A DNA stretch of 51,389 bases, the filler included, from Sphacelaria rigidula (Eukaryota), in assembly GCA_964200075.2 (NCBI GenBank). It is 4 parts of 4 records of this genome, joined end to end, with 100 filler letters (N's around TTAATTAATTAA, not from the genome) between each part and the next. Parts side by side here need not be neighbours in the genome. Positions count along the whole stretch, not along the records: positions 12,875 to 25,648 come from CAXNAA020003429.1; 3 more parts are not named here. One strand, given 5' to 3'. How positions within the stretch are numbered: the first letter of the stretch is position 1; every line of letters starts with the position of its first letter. A program made the translations under genes and the position numbers. This document shows positions 12,875 to 25,748 of the stretch, one piece after another. The notes beneath the pieces are model-generated. The model saw only the letters and a list, made by a program, of their open reading frames with translations, did no database searches and was not told the DNA's origin.

Positions 12875-14879
12875 TAACCATGAGCCCGTTTATCGTGAAA
12901 TAACCCCCCCCCCCCTCCGCCCCTCATCGTAGCATGACTCGATGAGTGTGAGGCGCAGTGTGCGCAAGATCCAGCGACAGTGTTTCACCGCGGTAAGCAC
13001 TTTTGGACCCGCAACTCTAGTACAGGTGCCTCCAGCTTCATACATATGTGCGGGGATATTTCAATTCCCAACCCGCACTACGGACAGTTCTGAACATCGC
13101 CTGAAAAAAAAAGGCTTGCACCCCCGCAAGCTCACCGTGGTTAACATTGCAAGCGCGTATGGGCAGTGACTCCAGCTCATACAAGCCGTCGTTTGTTTTT
13201 CCCGAATTACTTGAACGACTCCAGTTATTACACTTGTGTGATTCTCGAGCTCAGACTCTACCACATTTCTCCGAATGACTCAGCATAGCTCGGGGTAGAC
13301 TCGTCGGAGTTCGGGTTGATGCGCATGGAAGTAGCCAAGGTCCCGTGTAGGGGTATGTACCAGGTCAGAGTTCGGGACAATGCACACGGATCAAGCCGAG
13401 GTCCCGATTATAGGTAGATATGTGGTACCATTCAAAGGTCCACAAACCTCCCACGAGTGTGTAGCAGCGTAACGAGTCTCTCCTCTGCCATACCTACTCG
13501 TCGAATCATACGAGCAGGCAATCGGGTCACCATGCATGAGCGATAGCGGCGTGGACAGTAGTAGTAGTAGTAGTAGTAGTAATGCAGGTGCACCATCCAA
13601 ACCTGAACATGGCCGCCGGAGCAATCAGTAGTATTCACCACTCGGTTGATTAGGACCTTCCCGGAATTTCATTACTTGATTTGAGTTGAAAATTTTTTGG
13701 TCCCAAATCTTCCTCAATGAGGGACCCCAAAAAGTTAGGAGCTACACAAGGAATGGGTCAGGACATTCCTGTTTTCAAATTATTTTGCATTCGAGTCCTA
13801 CCAACGCGCACTTTGCCTGGAGAAGCTTTGGCACCCCCCCCCGCCCTCTTCGTCCGAGCTTCTGATGCCTTTTTGGGGGGCCAGGGTCAGGGTTGGGGCT
13901 AGCGCCGGTTCAAAGTCTTAGATTTCCGAGAACGCTTCATCACCCATTCTCACGACCGAAACGCAAGCACCATTCAAACGGACAAGAAGAGGCCAGAAAT
14001 ACGAGTTATTGCAATTGTCGAAAAAGTGTCTTGGGGGAAACACGAAGAGATTACTACCTCAACAAAGCTACTCGTATCGTTTTTATAAACCGGACGCATG
14101 GGATAAACTGCAAACAAATCTGTCTTTTATTCACCCATCTTCCACAGACTAACATGCGTTATTCCACCGATGACGTTTATCTTTGTATCGGAAGCGCTGC
14201 ACTTCAGTCTCGTGGTATGTTTTTTCTTCTTCACATAATTTACTTCTCGTCACCGACACCAGACTCGTTGTCACTTGTCGGAAACGCGGTCGGACGATTC
14301 ATTCACGCTGCAAATATCTCGGGATGACTCGCAAAAGTGTCGGGGTAAGATTTGGTACAGTAACTCGTTCTTCGCGATGAGTCATCACATCGTAGAACTT
14401 GAGTCAGCCTCGTCCCCATTTTCCCGAACGAACTACGCCGAACTCAAGTAAGACTTTTCCAAGGGTGCGTTAGGCGGGGTGTTTCCCACATTTGGGTATT
14501 TCGAAATATCGTACTGCTAAAGCTCCAAGTGCCCAAAAATACTTGTGTAGAGTATCGAGATCATATGTATGTATATATGTATATATATATATATATATAT
14601 ATCCTCCGAAATCTACGCACGGTAGCGACTCTAGTTCATACAAAACGGTTTAACGGGCACAGTCTGTCTATCGACGCTTGCGCATCGCCACCACAAATGA
14701 TTGTATCTTGCCCGGTCACCCACTCAACACTTCCACCGCTGGGTGGCGAGTGGTTCATACGACCCCCGGGTAAAACGTCTTGAGACCCCGGGAATAGATC
14801 CCCTAGAGGATGGATATCAATTCAGGCGGACGGACGGGGGGGATGATTAACCACGCACCCAAATACAGTGGAGAACCCG

Positions 14880-15330
14880 TGGTGATAAAACATTGTGACA
14901 AGTCAAAAGCGCCCGTCTTATGCGTAGTCCCGCCTTGACCCGGGCTCAGGTGGGCATCCATCGCCGTACTGCGGATGTGGGTCAAGCGTAGATTTTAGTA
15001 CTGTACTGTGCTCTACCGTCGGAAGGCGAGGTGGGGATGTCGGCGAAATCAAGAGGATCCGTGAAAAACCCACATCGGCGTTAGCGGGGGTTTCGCAGGA
15101 AGGCAGGTGATGATGGACAGTACGGTAGCAAAAGGCCGCCTTAACGGGGAAAACGTTGTGACAAGCTGACAATGCCCACCCCGTGAGTACCCCGACCTTA
15201 AAACGGGTACATCAGTGTATACACATTACTGCTGATAGCGACATAGCTACCGAATATAACATCGTATCACACGCGACGGTTATTCAAGGGAGTGGAGGGT
15301 ACACATGTAGGGTTGCGCAGTCGCCACAAC
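14880..15330 (+). pseudogene. Possible highly decayed mariner (DD39D-like) transposase fragment
   Basis: Scattered motifs 'KHCDKSKAPVLCVVPP*PG', 'QADNAHP' and 'GGYTCRVAQSPQ' occur in the order expected for KSK..KVMFL.AVARP / QQDNARPH / QPPNSPD. Very degenerate. Confidence 0.25.
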
Positions 15331-15461
15331 ATGAAAATATTGTTGCGGTACGCTCAGGTGCCAATTGATTGCAGCCCTCTGAGTCATTGATAACAACAGC
15401 TCCATACCAGCAATCGGAGGAAGGATGTGAAGGATCGGAGCGTATCGGGATCTACGGGTTG

Positions 15462-15852
15462 TAGAGTTCGGAAATGGTTCGTCTTACCATTAACCAGTTG
15501 AATGATTACGCGTGGCGCACTCATTAACCAATAAAATGGTACATGATGGTTTGGTCATCAAGCGGCGCAGCCGCGAGCCAAGAAGCTCCCCTCGGCAGAG
15601 GGAGCCCCGCCGGAGGCGCCGTGCGGGAGGCACGTTTCTACGCGATTTGGCTTCACTAGAGCTAAAAAATACGTCAAATTTGGGCCATTTTTCAAGGGCT
15701 GTGTGTAGCATACGTAGCCGGTAACGGCGTATAAAGCCGGTAACGGTAAATAATGGTTTGAAACCATGACCCAAAATCGTCATATAACCATGACCATTAT
15801 GACCATTATAATGATAATGGCCAGTTAAAACTGGTACCATTTCCGAGCTCTA
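15462..15852. mobile_element. Non-autonomous hAT MITE
   Basis: TIRs TAGAGTTCGGAAATGGT / ACCATTTCCGAGCTCTA. Flanks ACGGGTTG and GCGGTTTG form a degenerate 8-bp TSD (6/8). Internal ACCAT/ATGGT subterminal motifs. Confidence 0.75.
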
Positions 15853-17132
15853 GCGGTTTGTGTATCGGTACGAATCGCTACATAGTGCAATGGATCAAGC
15901 TGCCGGATCACAGCGAAGCAAGAATCGGATTCAGCGTAGTCGCGCAAATGAGAGGTAACAACAGTGCAGTACGGCATTTATTCAGCAATATCGTCAAGCC
16001 ACGCAGCAGGCGATTTCGTTTCACAAGTAATGCCATAATAACGCCACCTACGGCACCGTATATAAAACACACACACACAAATACGCATGCGAGGGAGGGC
16101 AAGGAGATGACACTATTTGACAATCATTGAACTACATCAATAACGGGGCAATCGACGGGGGGAAAGGAAGTGAATCCCTCCGCGACTTCATCTAGTGGTC
16201 GTTTCTTTGGATGCCTGCTTACTTGAATGTCGCGCATGGCGTAACTGATCCGCTGACGAAACCCAGCCGTGGTCAGCCGTCACACATGGGGGATATACAC
16301 CACATATCCCGCTTTTCTTGTATGGCCCCGCGTCATGCCGGAAAAGATAACACTTATTTGGGAAGGAGACACACTTTCTGCTGATCTCGCTCCATCAATA
16401 CAAACAGGATTTTCACATATATCTTTCAGTTCATATACGTGAATGTGTGTGACGGCCGTTCTCTCGCAAAATCTTTTTCTCCTTCCCGCACGGTTGTCTT
16501 ACTTCATAACCATCGTTCACGGTCGATGTATATTCTCTTCATAGTTCTACAGGTATGTCTTGGACGGAGGCACAGCCCAGCGAGAACGAAATACTCGACG
16601 ATTGATTGTCACGTAGCTCTCGTTGCTCATTCTAGGTAACTCGGGTCGGACTGTTTGGCCGTAAATGTCCGACACGTTCAACAGCAGGTAATTGCTCCCC
16701 GTTGGTAGCATGTTGCGCCATCGTATATCTCACAACAAAATTAAGCTGACTACATGGACTCTTCGGATTCAAAATACAAAAGCCACTGGTGGGGCGAACA
16801 CGAAAGAACTGCTACAGTGGGGGTGGGACCGTTGATTGCATCGTTTGAAGGACCGTGCCGCATGCATGCTTAACCTCTGTCCCAAGCAAAGAGAGTGGGT
16901 GATGGGGGGTGGGGGATGGAAGATCGAGAGAAGTAAACGTACACCTGTTCAATGATATGTGCAGCACCTACTTCATGGAAAACAAAAGCAAAACCCTTCG
17001 AGCAAGCGAACCCTGATGTCACGAACATAGCAACACAAACAGAGTGAGTTATCACTCACGTACATACGGATACGTCCAAGTACCAAAACATGAGTTTTGC
17101 TGGAGCGGTCAGCGACACAAACCGCACATAGC

Positions 17133-19641
17133 TCACCATCCTTCATGCTTGCAACGCCGACCACCACCTGACGTCCTCTTCCTTTTCCTTCCGCCGCCGC
17201 CACCGCCGCCCCCACGGCCGCCGCCGGCCGCACCTCCCCGAAGGCCACCGTCGCCAGCAGCAGCACCTGCAGCGACAGGATTATTCTCTCCGGCGCTACC
17301 ACCACCACTATCACCACTACCAACACCTATCTTTGCTCCCGGATAGACTTCGCTGTTATCTCTGAAAATGTCCCACCCAAATGTTGACCTGGCGCCGCCT
17401 CTCCCTCCACCAACACGCCCAGTGCTGAACACATCGAGCCCCCGATGATCGCCGCCGCCATGATCACCCACTGCCGTTCCAGACGCCGCGTTTATCGCCA
17501 CCGTAGAGGTTGACACGGCCCCGGCCTCGGTCGCGGCGGGTGAAATACCCGCGGCGGCGTCCGAGGCTGTCGCTTCCGAGGCCAGGAGTTCCGCCCGAGC
17601 GGCGGACCGAGTGGTCTTCAGGCGATCGAGCAGTTCTTGTTTGATTCCTACGCCATCGCAATCCGTGACAGGCTTGAGTTTCCGCTGGGCAGCTTTATGG
17701 TTTTCCTCCAGCTGCTGCAGTAGACGTTCGGTGTTTTCATCCACACTGTCCATCACGGATTCATCGAGAATGCCGTCACCGCCATTGTTATCAGAGTCGA
17801 TGATCGCCTCCGCGCGCAGCTCTCGCGCCTGGTGGCACATGGCCGCTCGTTCGAGCTGGAGACGGCGAAGCATCGCCCCTCGCACGGCGGCGTTCTTCGT
17901 GGTGGAGGAATCCTCTGCCACTCGAATAATCTCGGCTGACTTGCGCTCTTTGGAAGCCTGCTGGAAGGACCGGAGCCTCTCGAGGACGTCGCTCCTCAGG
18001 ACCGTCAAACCTCGCCATTTGGGTGCACTGCCGTGACCTTGGTGATGGTAGTGCCCGCACCCCTCCCCGCCGCCGCTGCCGCCAGTGTAACTGCCCCCGC
18101 TTGCTATCACCTTGTCGGAGGCCTCCAGCTCGTGCTGAATAGTCTGGCGCGTGGCCTCCAGTCTATTCATCAAGAGTTGTCGGAATGGAAACGCATCTCT
18201 CCTAACAAGACTTTCCCACGGTTCTATGTGTTCTTCTTGTGACGATACTCGACCAATGGGACTGCCGCTGCAGCCACCGCTTGTCGCCGCTCTTCGCGCC
18301 GCACGCTCGTTGACCTCCTGAATTTCTGCCTCCACCGCCGCCCATATGTCATCCACTCGGGCGACCAACCGGTCTCGAAGTCTTGGATCGGCTCGCCATA
18401 GAAGGGTCGCCACATCGTCGGCCGCCCGCAGCTTCTCTTCACGCGTTACCTCCATCCACTCGTGCTCCCCGCCAGCCATACCCTCATCAATCTGGGCGCT
18501 GCCACCGCCATCACCACGGCCGCCGCCGACGCGGTCGACGCCGCTTACCACAGCATCAGAGGTACCTCGTGCCGAAGTCACGACACTACTATTGCTGAAA
18601 ACCCGCGAATTGCTCATACCAGCCGTGCTATCGGCGAAGGAAGTCCCGACGGCGAGTCCCGCAGAGCCAGTGAGCGGCGAATCATTTCGTCCAACACCGG
18701 AAACATCTCCTAAACGTTGTGCGCCGCGCTCGTCGACAGGCGGTGGCAAGAACATGCTTGAAGAGGACGGATGAGAAGGATGAGGAAGTACCGTACTGCC
18801 AAGGACGGCAGAGGTCGGGGATGACGAGCGCGTCATTCGTACCGGTGGTGCCTGGCGATGATGTTGATGCTGCCCCACGGAACCCCCTCGATTACCACCG
18901 CCGCTTCCTGAGCCCATACTGCTCCCACCGTAGCCCCCGCCGCCGCCGCTCGGATCGTCCATCAGCCCGCGCAGAAACTCGAAGTCGTCTTCCTCCCACG
19001 AGTACTGGCGCTGCATTCGCCGCCGTCTGGAGTTTCCGCTACTGCCGTCACCGGAGCCACCAACGATTGGCAGGAAGGAACCGCCAAAACAGCCGGCAAC
19101 TGAGCCATAGTGCCCGCGGTTGCCGCTCCCAGAGGCAAAGACAGTGCTAGCGCCGCGACTCGCACCGGAACCAGATCCATTCAATATTGGCGGGAGATTC
19201 ACGCTGCGCTGTTGGGCATTCGCATAGTGCGCAGAGGTGGACGTCGGGCCGTTTTTGACTCGCGAGTCGGCGGCGGCGGCGGTGACTGGAGCACCGTTGG
19301 ATGACGAGGCAAGGGAAGAAGCTGAAGAGGAAAAGTGCCTAGGGAAGACCGCAACGCGGTTGTCATTGTTGGCAAGCTGGAGTTGCCGCCGAGAGGCATT
19401 GGGGAGAAATGGAGGGGGTTCAGAATCGAACGCTGCGTCGGCCGCCACAGCGGTGGGCGACGCCGATGGTATATGCGGTGAGTAGACGTACGTGCTGTCG
19501 TCCGGAGAGCCTCGAGATGCCGATGGATGATGGGGTTGACGATCGCCCCACATGCTCGACGCTGGAGCGGGTGCGCCTAGCGTATGCGAACGGCGCCCCA
19601 ACGATGAGTGTGACGGCGATTGGTCAGCCTCATCATCATCG
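17133..19641 (-). CDS. Large exon of an uncharacterised low-complexity, helical-repeat, probably nuclear protein (contig 2 gene, exon 2)
   Basis: 822-aa ORF, extendable to the acceptor ...gatacag|CGATGATGAT at 19641, which follows a pyrimidine tract and is phase-compatible with the polyQ exon. GC-rich coding bias. Ends in GRKRKRTSGGGRRCKHEGW*. Confidence 0.85.
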
Positions 19642-19764
19642 CTGTATCGTTTGGTTGCAAACAGCGCAGGAGAATGGAGAGAGGGGGGAGGGAGGGGACC
19701 ACAAATTTACATAAAAACGTACTTCGAGGTAGAACAGAGGGAGGATGGGGCGTAGACGCATGAT

Positions 19765-20255
19765 CTTGCATGTTGTAACTCACAAGACCATTGACCCCGC
19801 ATCACTATAAAAGTGGGGAGGAGCACGCCGGATGTTCTCCGGGCCAGACTCGCACGCAATCACCGAGCGCGGATTCCCGCGATGTGTTCGGCGAGTCGCA
19901 TGAAGGGCAATCTACATCCTGCCAAGATTGTTCGGCCCAAAGTGTACCAACTCTGTTGCTTATGGGTGATAGCCTTCAACGAGTTAATTCATTTTCTCGT
20001 ATTGCCACCATTAGAGACAGCCACGTGTTCCACTCTGCCGCATAGGTGTCACACCATCGGAAGAGAGACCCCGTAACACGATCATCCTCTTTGCGCGGAG
20101 TTGAGGTTCTCCACCCCGCACAATATGATCTAGCTCGACTACCACTATGGTTACAGCAAAAAATGCGCGAGTGGAAAAAACTCCGGCAATTTGGTCGCCT
20201 AGCTCACGCAGTGAGTGGTGCATGTTTCAAAGTGTCGCTAGTCGACCCCAACCCT
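19765..20255 (-). repeat. Dispersed ~490-bp repeat family, copy 1 (intronic)
   Basis: The reverse complement aligns by eye with 41738-42230 and 30695-30970, for example around CCCTTCATGCGACTCG and GGTCAATGGTC. Confidence 0.75.
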
Positions 20256-21799
20256 CACAAGAGAAGGGGAGGGGAAGGGACACTGGTCCGGCCTCGTCTG
20301 TAACTGACAACGTAATCTGCCGAAAAGACGAGCATCATTGTCACTGTACGGTGTGGTTGCAAAAAGTACGGGAGAAAGGGGAGGGGCGACGAACAATGAC
20401 TTAATATACAATAAACACGGAAAGGGGTAGGGGGGGAGAGAGACACTAATCCGACCTTTTATGTGACTGACCACACCATTTTTCGAAAGACAGGAAACAA
20501 TAAAATTATAACAGCTTCAGCTAGGTTGACGTTTTCTCTGCGTGAACGTGGGTGCCTGCCTGCCTAGCCTTGCTGGTTGGGTTGATCACGCTGTCGCCAC
20601 ACCCTTCCAAAATTTCAAACGATAGATAAGATACATTTGTGTGTGTGTAGACTGCGAGTGGTGCACCGCACTGTCATTCAACGTGTCCGTCACGACCAAG
20701 ATAAAACTCTACCCACCCTGATTGCCGGCAGACCCCAACCAAGTGTTCTCTCATGGTCAATGGACGTTCAACACGGCACAACAAGAATCCTTCTGATTTG
20801 CTTGGCAACGAGTGAACGATATTCTTATCTTCAACTTTTGGTGAAAAAAACGCGGTTAGTTGTTGTGTCCAGGACCAAGACCCAACCTGTGGGTGCCTGA
20901 CCAACATCTTTCACTTGCAAAAAGAGAAGGAAGGCACAGCAGAATGCAATAAACTTGACCTCATTGTTGGAGAAACGACAATAAAATGAGCTCCGTATAC
21001 CCACCAGCTAGTACCATCAAACGGGTATATACGTGGTGCTGCCTGCGCACTCCTTGCACCCCTGTGTTGCTTCGGGAAAGTTACCTCAAGTGTAAGATTA
21101 CCCATGGAACGAACGAGGTTGATTCTGGGTGCTTCTTTTTTATCGTTTGTTTTGACCCGTAGCCATGCGGCCTAATCATCTGCTGCTGTTGTCGCGAAGT
21201 GAATGCTTATGCTTGGACATGCGAAGAGACCCATCAGCCGTGAAGGGGGCCGCAAGGATTAGTTTCAGATGCCGTCATCAGGGATGACTTCCAAAAACAG
21301 ACCGGCCAGGGATCGCGAGGCAGATACCGCCCAACATTGACATCCCTACACATAACATACACCTCCAACTGTACATACGACCAAAAAGCAACGGCTTCAG
21401 TTAGCGTGTAACGTTGATGATGCCACTTTCGACCCGCTCTTCGCGAACCCCACGAACCTCGACAGCGCTTGAAAGGAACTTGCGCACGATAAATATATTG
21501 TTTCCCCCTTGTCCCCAAACTCTCAAAACAAAACAAAAGCCCAATCCACTGCATACACCCCAACCAAACACAGAAGAAACACATCATCAGCCCATCCCAA
21601 CCATCAACTAACGAGAGAAGAACAAAAATGAGAACGAAACGACGAGGCGTGTTGTTCATCCGGTCATGACGCTTTGTTCGTCCGGGTATCGTACGTACAT
21701 CAACCCAACCTCTTTTAGACAATTCGGGCAGAGCAACAGCAGTATAGCGGAGTAACAGCGACATTGCACGCCAGAGCGCACAGCTATATATCGTCACAC

Positions 21800-21945
21800 C
21801 AGAGGTATCTCAAACTCGAAGGACCTCGAGTTCGATATTTGAGTATATATACGCATTTACTTGTATATATGTGCAAATATACCGGGAGCCTCGCGTTTGC
21901 TACTTCAGTAAATATACGTGGAACCTCGGGTTCGAGATACCGTTA
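21800..21945. mobile_element. Small MITE (AGAGGTATCTCAAACTCG family), copy 1
   Basis: Left GGTATCTCAAACTCGA and right TCGGGTTCGAGATACC are inverted. Same terminus as the copy at 24746. Confidence 0.6.
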
Positions 21946-23934
21946 CCAGGGATCGAAGATGTTCACCACAGCGAAAAATATAACATGATTTTAGTAGTTG
22001 CAGTCTGGTACAGTATCGGCTATTAAAATAGCCCGAGTTTCCCGCATCACTGCCCGTACGTCAGTCTACATGACATTTCGGAAAGAGGCGAAAAAACATG
22101 ACACTAGGGCCATCAGATAAAGGTTGCTACTGCTGCATCAACCGAACGTTTGGACAGGTGCGAACGCATACACGCAGAGAACAAGATAGAGGGGGATAAC
22201 GAGACACTTCAGCATAACATTTGTACAACACGTAAAGGAACCAATGAATCAACCCCTTCAATAGCGTAGCAACAACCTAACCCCGATTTTACATGATTGG
22301 TAGATCGTTGTCCACCTGTTCCGAGAATTGTGTTTTGATTTCCAAAATCTGATGATCATTTCAACATGGATGGTGATGTACAGAGTCTGAGTATCCGCTT
22401 AAATTCGCCTCTGGAGTTCGTTTTTCGAGTTTCCCCCCCTATTTTGCCCGCGAGGTACCGCCTGCCATTCAACCAGGACAACTTGCACACAAGACGAATG
22501 CAACATTCTACACTGTTTCACCTTCACACACAGTAATACCACAAAACCCCGTGTGGCGATTTCTCCCTCCTCCTCAGTCTACGGACGATGCACCACTGGA
22601 GCTTCACCACGGTACAGACAGCGCAAACCGTAATATACAAAATATTCAGAATAGTTGAGGAAAATTGGACGCGCCGGTTCCGGTTCCCAGAGACAACGTG
22701 CAGCATTCTTCGTGGGATCTTTCGAAGCCCTTGCGTACGCGTGGGGGTACTGCGAGCAGTGGAGAGCGAAAAACTGCATGGGGTGTTTGCAGTGTCGGTG
22801 TTACCTAGATGTGTACATATCGTAGCTTCCTTTAGCGAATATTTCTGTTCATGTTTTTACGTAGGTATTTACCCAGGGATTGCTACCTTGTGAACACGGC
22901 TTGATTGATTCGTGGCCGATCAGTTCATGTTCGACAATCAACAAGCAATCAACCATCAATATCAACAAAATCCAATGTAGAGTGGTACGTATTCGGAGGC
23001 CTCTTCCTGTCAACCGCTCATCAAATGCCAGATGTCCCTTGAGAATTTTCGACGGGGTGAGCACACCCGTTTCTGGGGCGGTGGAATTAGCCACCCTACC
23101 CCCCGCTCTCGTCTCCCCTTCCCCCCTTGTTGATGTTGTCACTATTTAGATGCGGCGGTATTTGAGAGTCCTACCATGAAGATGTGCGCGGTCCGCTTAT
23201 ATTAGACATGACACGGACATAACACTCAAAATCATAGTAAATTTTTGACCAGGTGGCGCGTACTTCGTACAGGCTGTAAAATAGCTTCTTGACGTATACG
23301 GACCAGTTTTGACACAACGATGCTCCATGCTTGCACTGTCTGTATTTGTGTCGTCCTGTCCGTAGAGACTGCTAGTAGATTGGATGTTGGCTTGTACAAG
23401 GCCGGGAACCGAAGTTGTAAATTCTTTATCATCCTCCCCTCGTCCTTCCCTCTAATATTCTTCAACCCTTCGACCGCGAGGGTAGTCCATCGGAACCATT
23501 CATACTTTTTCAAGTGAAAAGGGACGCCTATACCACAGATGGCCTACTCTCGTCCTGTTTCGTACATGATGCCTATGGGTGAAGTGTTAGATGTTCATCC
23601 TGAGTAATGTGCCCTGTACACTGCACCCGCGATCACAATGCAATTGAAATTGTTCACGATCGCTCGCGGAACAGGTGTTGTGTTGCATGTAGGGGTCTGG
23701 CTTTTTGTTAGCCTGTGTCCAGGATTCAACCCAAGGCGGTCTCCCCCGCATTGCGACAACACTTTATACGGTCATGCTTCGGTCATGCATGATACCGGCA
23801 AGCAGCACGGTTGTTGATAGGTGGGGAGACTTCATAAGGACAAAACTCCCGAAACAGATTGTACAAAAGAATGACAACCAACTTTGTAAATGCGCTACCT
23901 CTTGCGGCACACCCCCTTCATATTTTCTTCTCAC

Positions 23935-24003
23935 CTGTACGGGAGATGTTGCTGCTGGTGTTGCCGGTGATTTTGTTGCCTCTTAGGGTGCTGTTGCTGC
24001 TGT

Positions 24004-24061
<58 letters not shown>

Positions 24062-24302
24062 GCCGCCGCCGCTGCTGCTGATCTAGCTGCGATTTCATTT
24101 CTGAATAGACGGCAAACGGGCCATGACAAAGCGCACCCAGGCTGCTGCTGACAGGCTGGACCGTGTCGTTATTGCCGCTGTTGTTGTCGCTGTCTGTGCT
24201 GTAGTTATAATTGTCGTTGCCGTTGACGTTGCCACCGTCGTCGTTGTCGCTACTGCCGGCGCCCCTCAACACTGCTGGGTGTCGTGCCAGAGTGGCCAAC
24301 AT
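23935..24302 (-). CDS. PolyQ-containing exon (contig 2 gene, probable exon 1)
   Basis: Open frame MLATLARHP...N/D/S-rich...QQQRRRR(Q)23HPKRQQNHRQHQQQHLPY, ending at the donor TACAG|GTGAGA (23935/23934). Phase 2 joins 19641 in frame (AG+C = Ser, then DDDEADQ). The start codon is uncertain. Confidence 0.7.
23991..24059 (-). repeat. (CAG/CAA)23 trinucleotide repeat encoding polyQ
   Basis: 69 bp of CTG/TTG triplets on the plus strand, in frame in the exon. Confidence 0.95.
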
Positions 24303-24745
24303 GCATGCACTTATACTATTTTGTGGACGGCTTTCTCTTTCGATGCTAAAACGGAGGTCCCCACCAAAAACACACAGACGTGCAGCACTGGGAGTCAAAT
24401 GAGAATTTGCGCAATTTTGTACTACAATAAAATGTTGCTTTTTGGTGTCTGAACCACAAAACTAATTATTTGACCTGTATTCGGTAGAAACCGTGTGAAG
24501 AATGCAGCCGAGAGATGTTGACCGCTGTGAATTGCCATGTTTCGAGCACCGTCTCCTCCTTATACATAAAGCAAGATATGCCGGATGGATTTCGGTGCGG
24601 CGGACAATAATCGGGGTTTCGCAATTTGTCAGACAGTCCCGCGTGACGTCATTGATCACGCCTGATCATAGGAACACAGAGTGCACAGAAAATCGAAGTG
24701 CTTTCTTGACCTGCGCTGTTCGGTCCATCATGACTTATACTCAAT

Positions 24746-24835
24746 TAGAGGTATCTCAAACTCGAGATTCCCTCTATATTTGACAGTAATTTAGTGTTGA
24801 ATATACCCGAAAACCTTGAGTTTGAGATACAACTA
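24746..24835. mobile_element. Small MITE (AGAGGTATCTCAAACTCG family), copy 2
   Basis: TAGAGGTATCTCAAACTC ... GAGTTTGAGATACAACTA inverted termini. Confidence 0.6.
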
Positions 24836-25648
24836 ATGAGTTTAGTATCTGATCTTCAGCTAGCTCGGGTATCCTCACCCTTCAAGTCTACGATTATCTC
24901 CTAGAATGGAGCGCGAGCATCGCGTTGCTCGTTGCAATGCGCATGAGGGTGGGGGTTGGCCATATACTCGGTAGAAAGAAGGGTTACAAGGGTGCCAACG
25001 ACCCGAGTCAAGTATCGACGCAAGAACAAGGAGATGGAGACTGCTCATCATGGCATCATTTTGATCAGATCAATCTCCAAAATAAACTAGAACAACAAAC
25101 ATCGCCCGGACCGTTTGATGAGAGGAAGGATTTTTCTGTGAATTTGAAAAACAATGAAGATCCTAACATTTGTTCCGAAAAAATGTGAAGCAAGTTCGCA
25201 CCTCATCACCTTTAGGCGGGTTCATCACCAGCTAGTATTTTCGGACTAAACTATACAGTTGGAAGGGTACGGCATTATACTGCCGTGCATGTCATGACAT
25301 GGTCATTGATCGTGATACTGAAGATGCTCTTCAGGTGAGCAATGGTACACGTTACTATCTGGCATCGTCGGCAGCATGATTCAACATCATGTTTATCATT
25401 TCGCCGATTGAAATATCCCGCCAAAGATACTCGTGCGATATCCACGCGAGACAAAATCTACGCGGCTCAACTGTCAGACACAAAAATGTATACAGTACGG
25501 GACCTCTAGTCTGTTGGAGGGTGTATCACTGTACTTCGCGATGCTGTAGCAATGTACTACTGCTACTACTGTTACAGTGTTTTCGTGAGATTGAGAGTAG
25601 ATGATACGATTGAGAGTGGCTTCGATCATTCACTTTAAGTGAGTCATT

Positions 25649-25748
25649 NNNNNNNNNNNNNNNNNNNNNNNNNNNNNNNNNNNNNNNNNNNNTTAATTAA
25701 TTAANNNNNNNNNNNNNNNNNNNNNNNNNNNNNNNNNNNNNNNNNNNN
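25649..25748. other. Artificial contig linker 2
   Basis: N44 + TTAATTAATTAA + N44. Confidence 0.98.

Noticed and set aside
17044..19755. Plus-strand ORFs over the contig 2 gene, and likewise those over 26600-37500
   Set aside because: They are antisense shadows of GC-rich exons, with no independent splice signals or domain features.
21255..21295. Hammerhead ribozyme (minus strand GTC..CTGATGA..GAAAC)
   Set aside because: Only 4 nt separate GTC from CTGATGA, so stem I cannot form, and stem II does not pair. The other CTGATGA sites I checked (1255, ~6575, 39068, ~44372, ~47493) lack a properly placed stem II plus GAAA.
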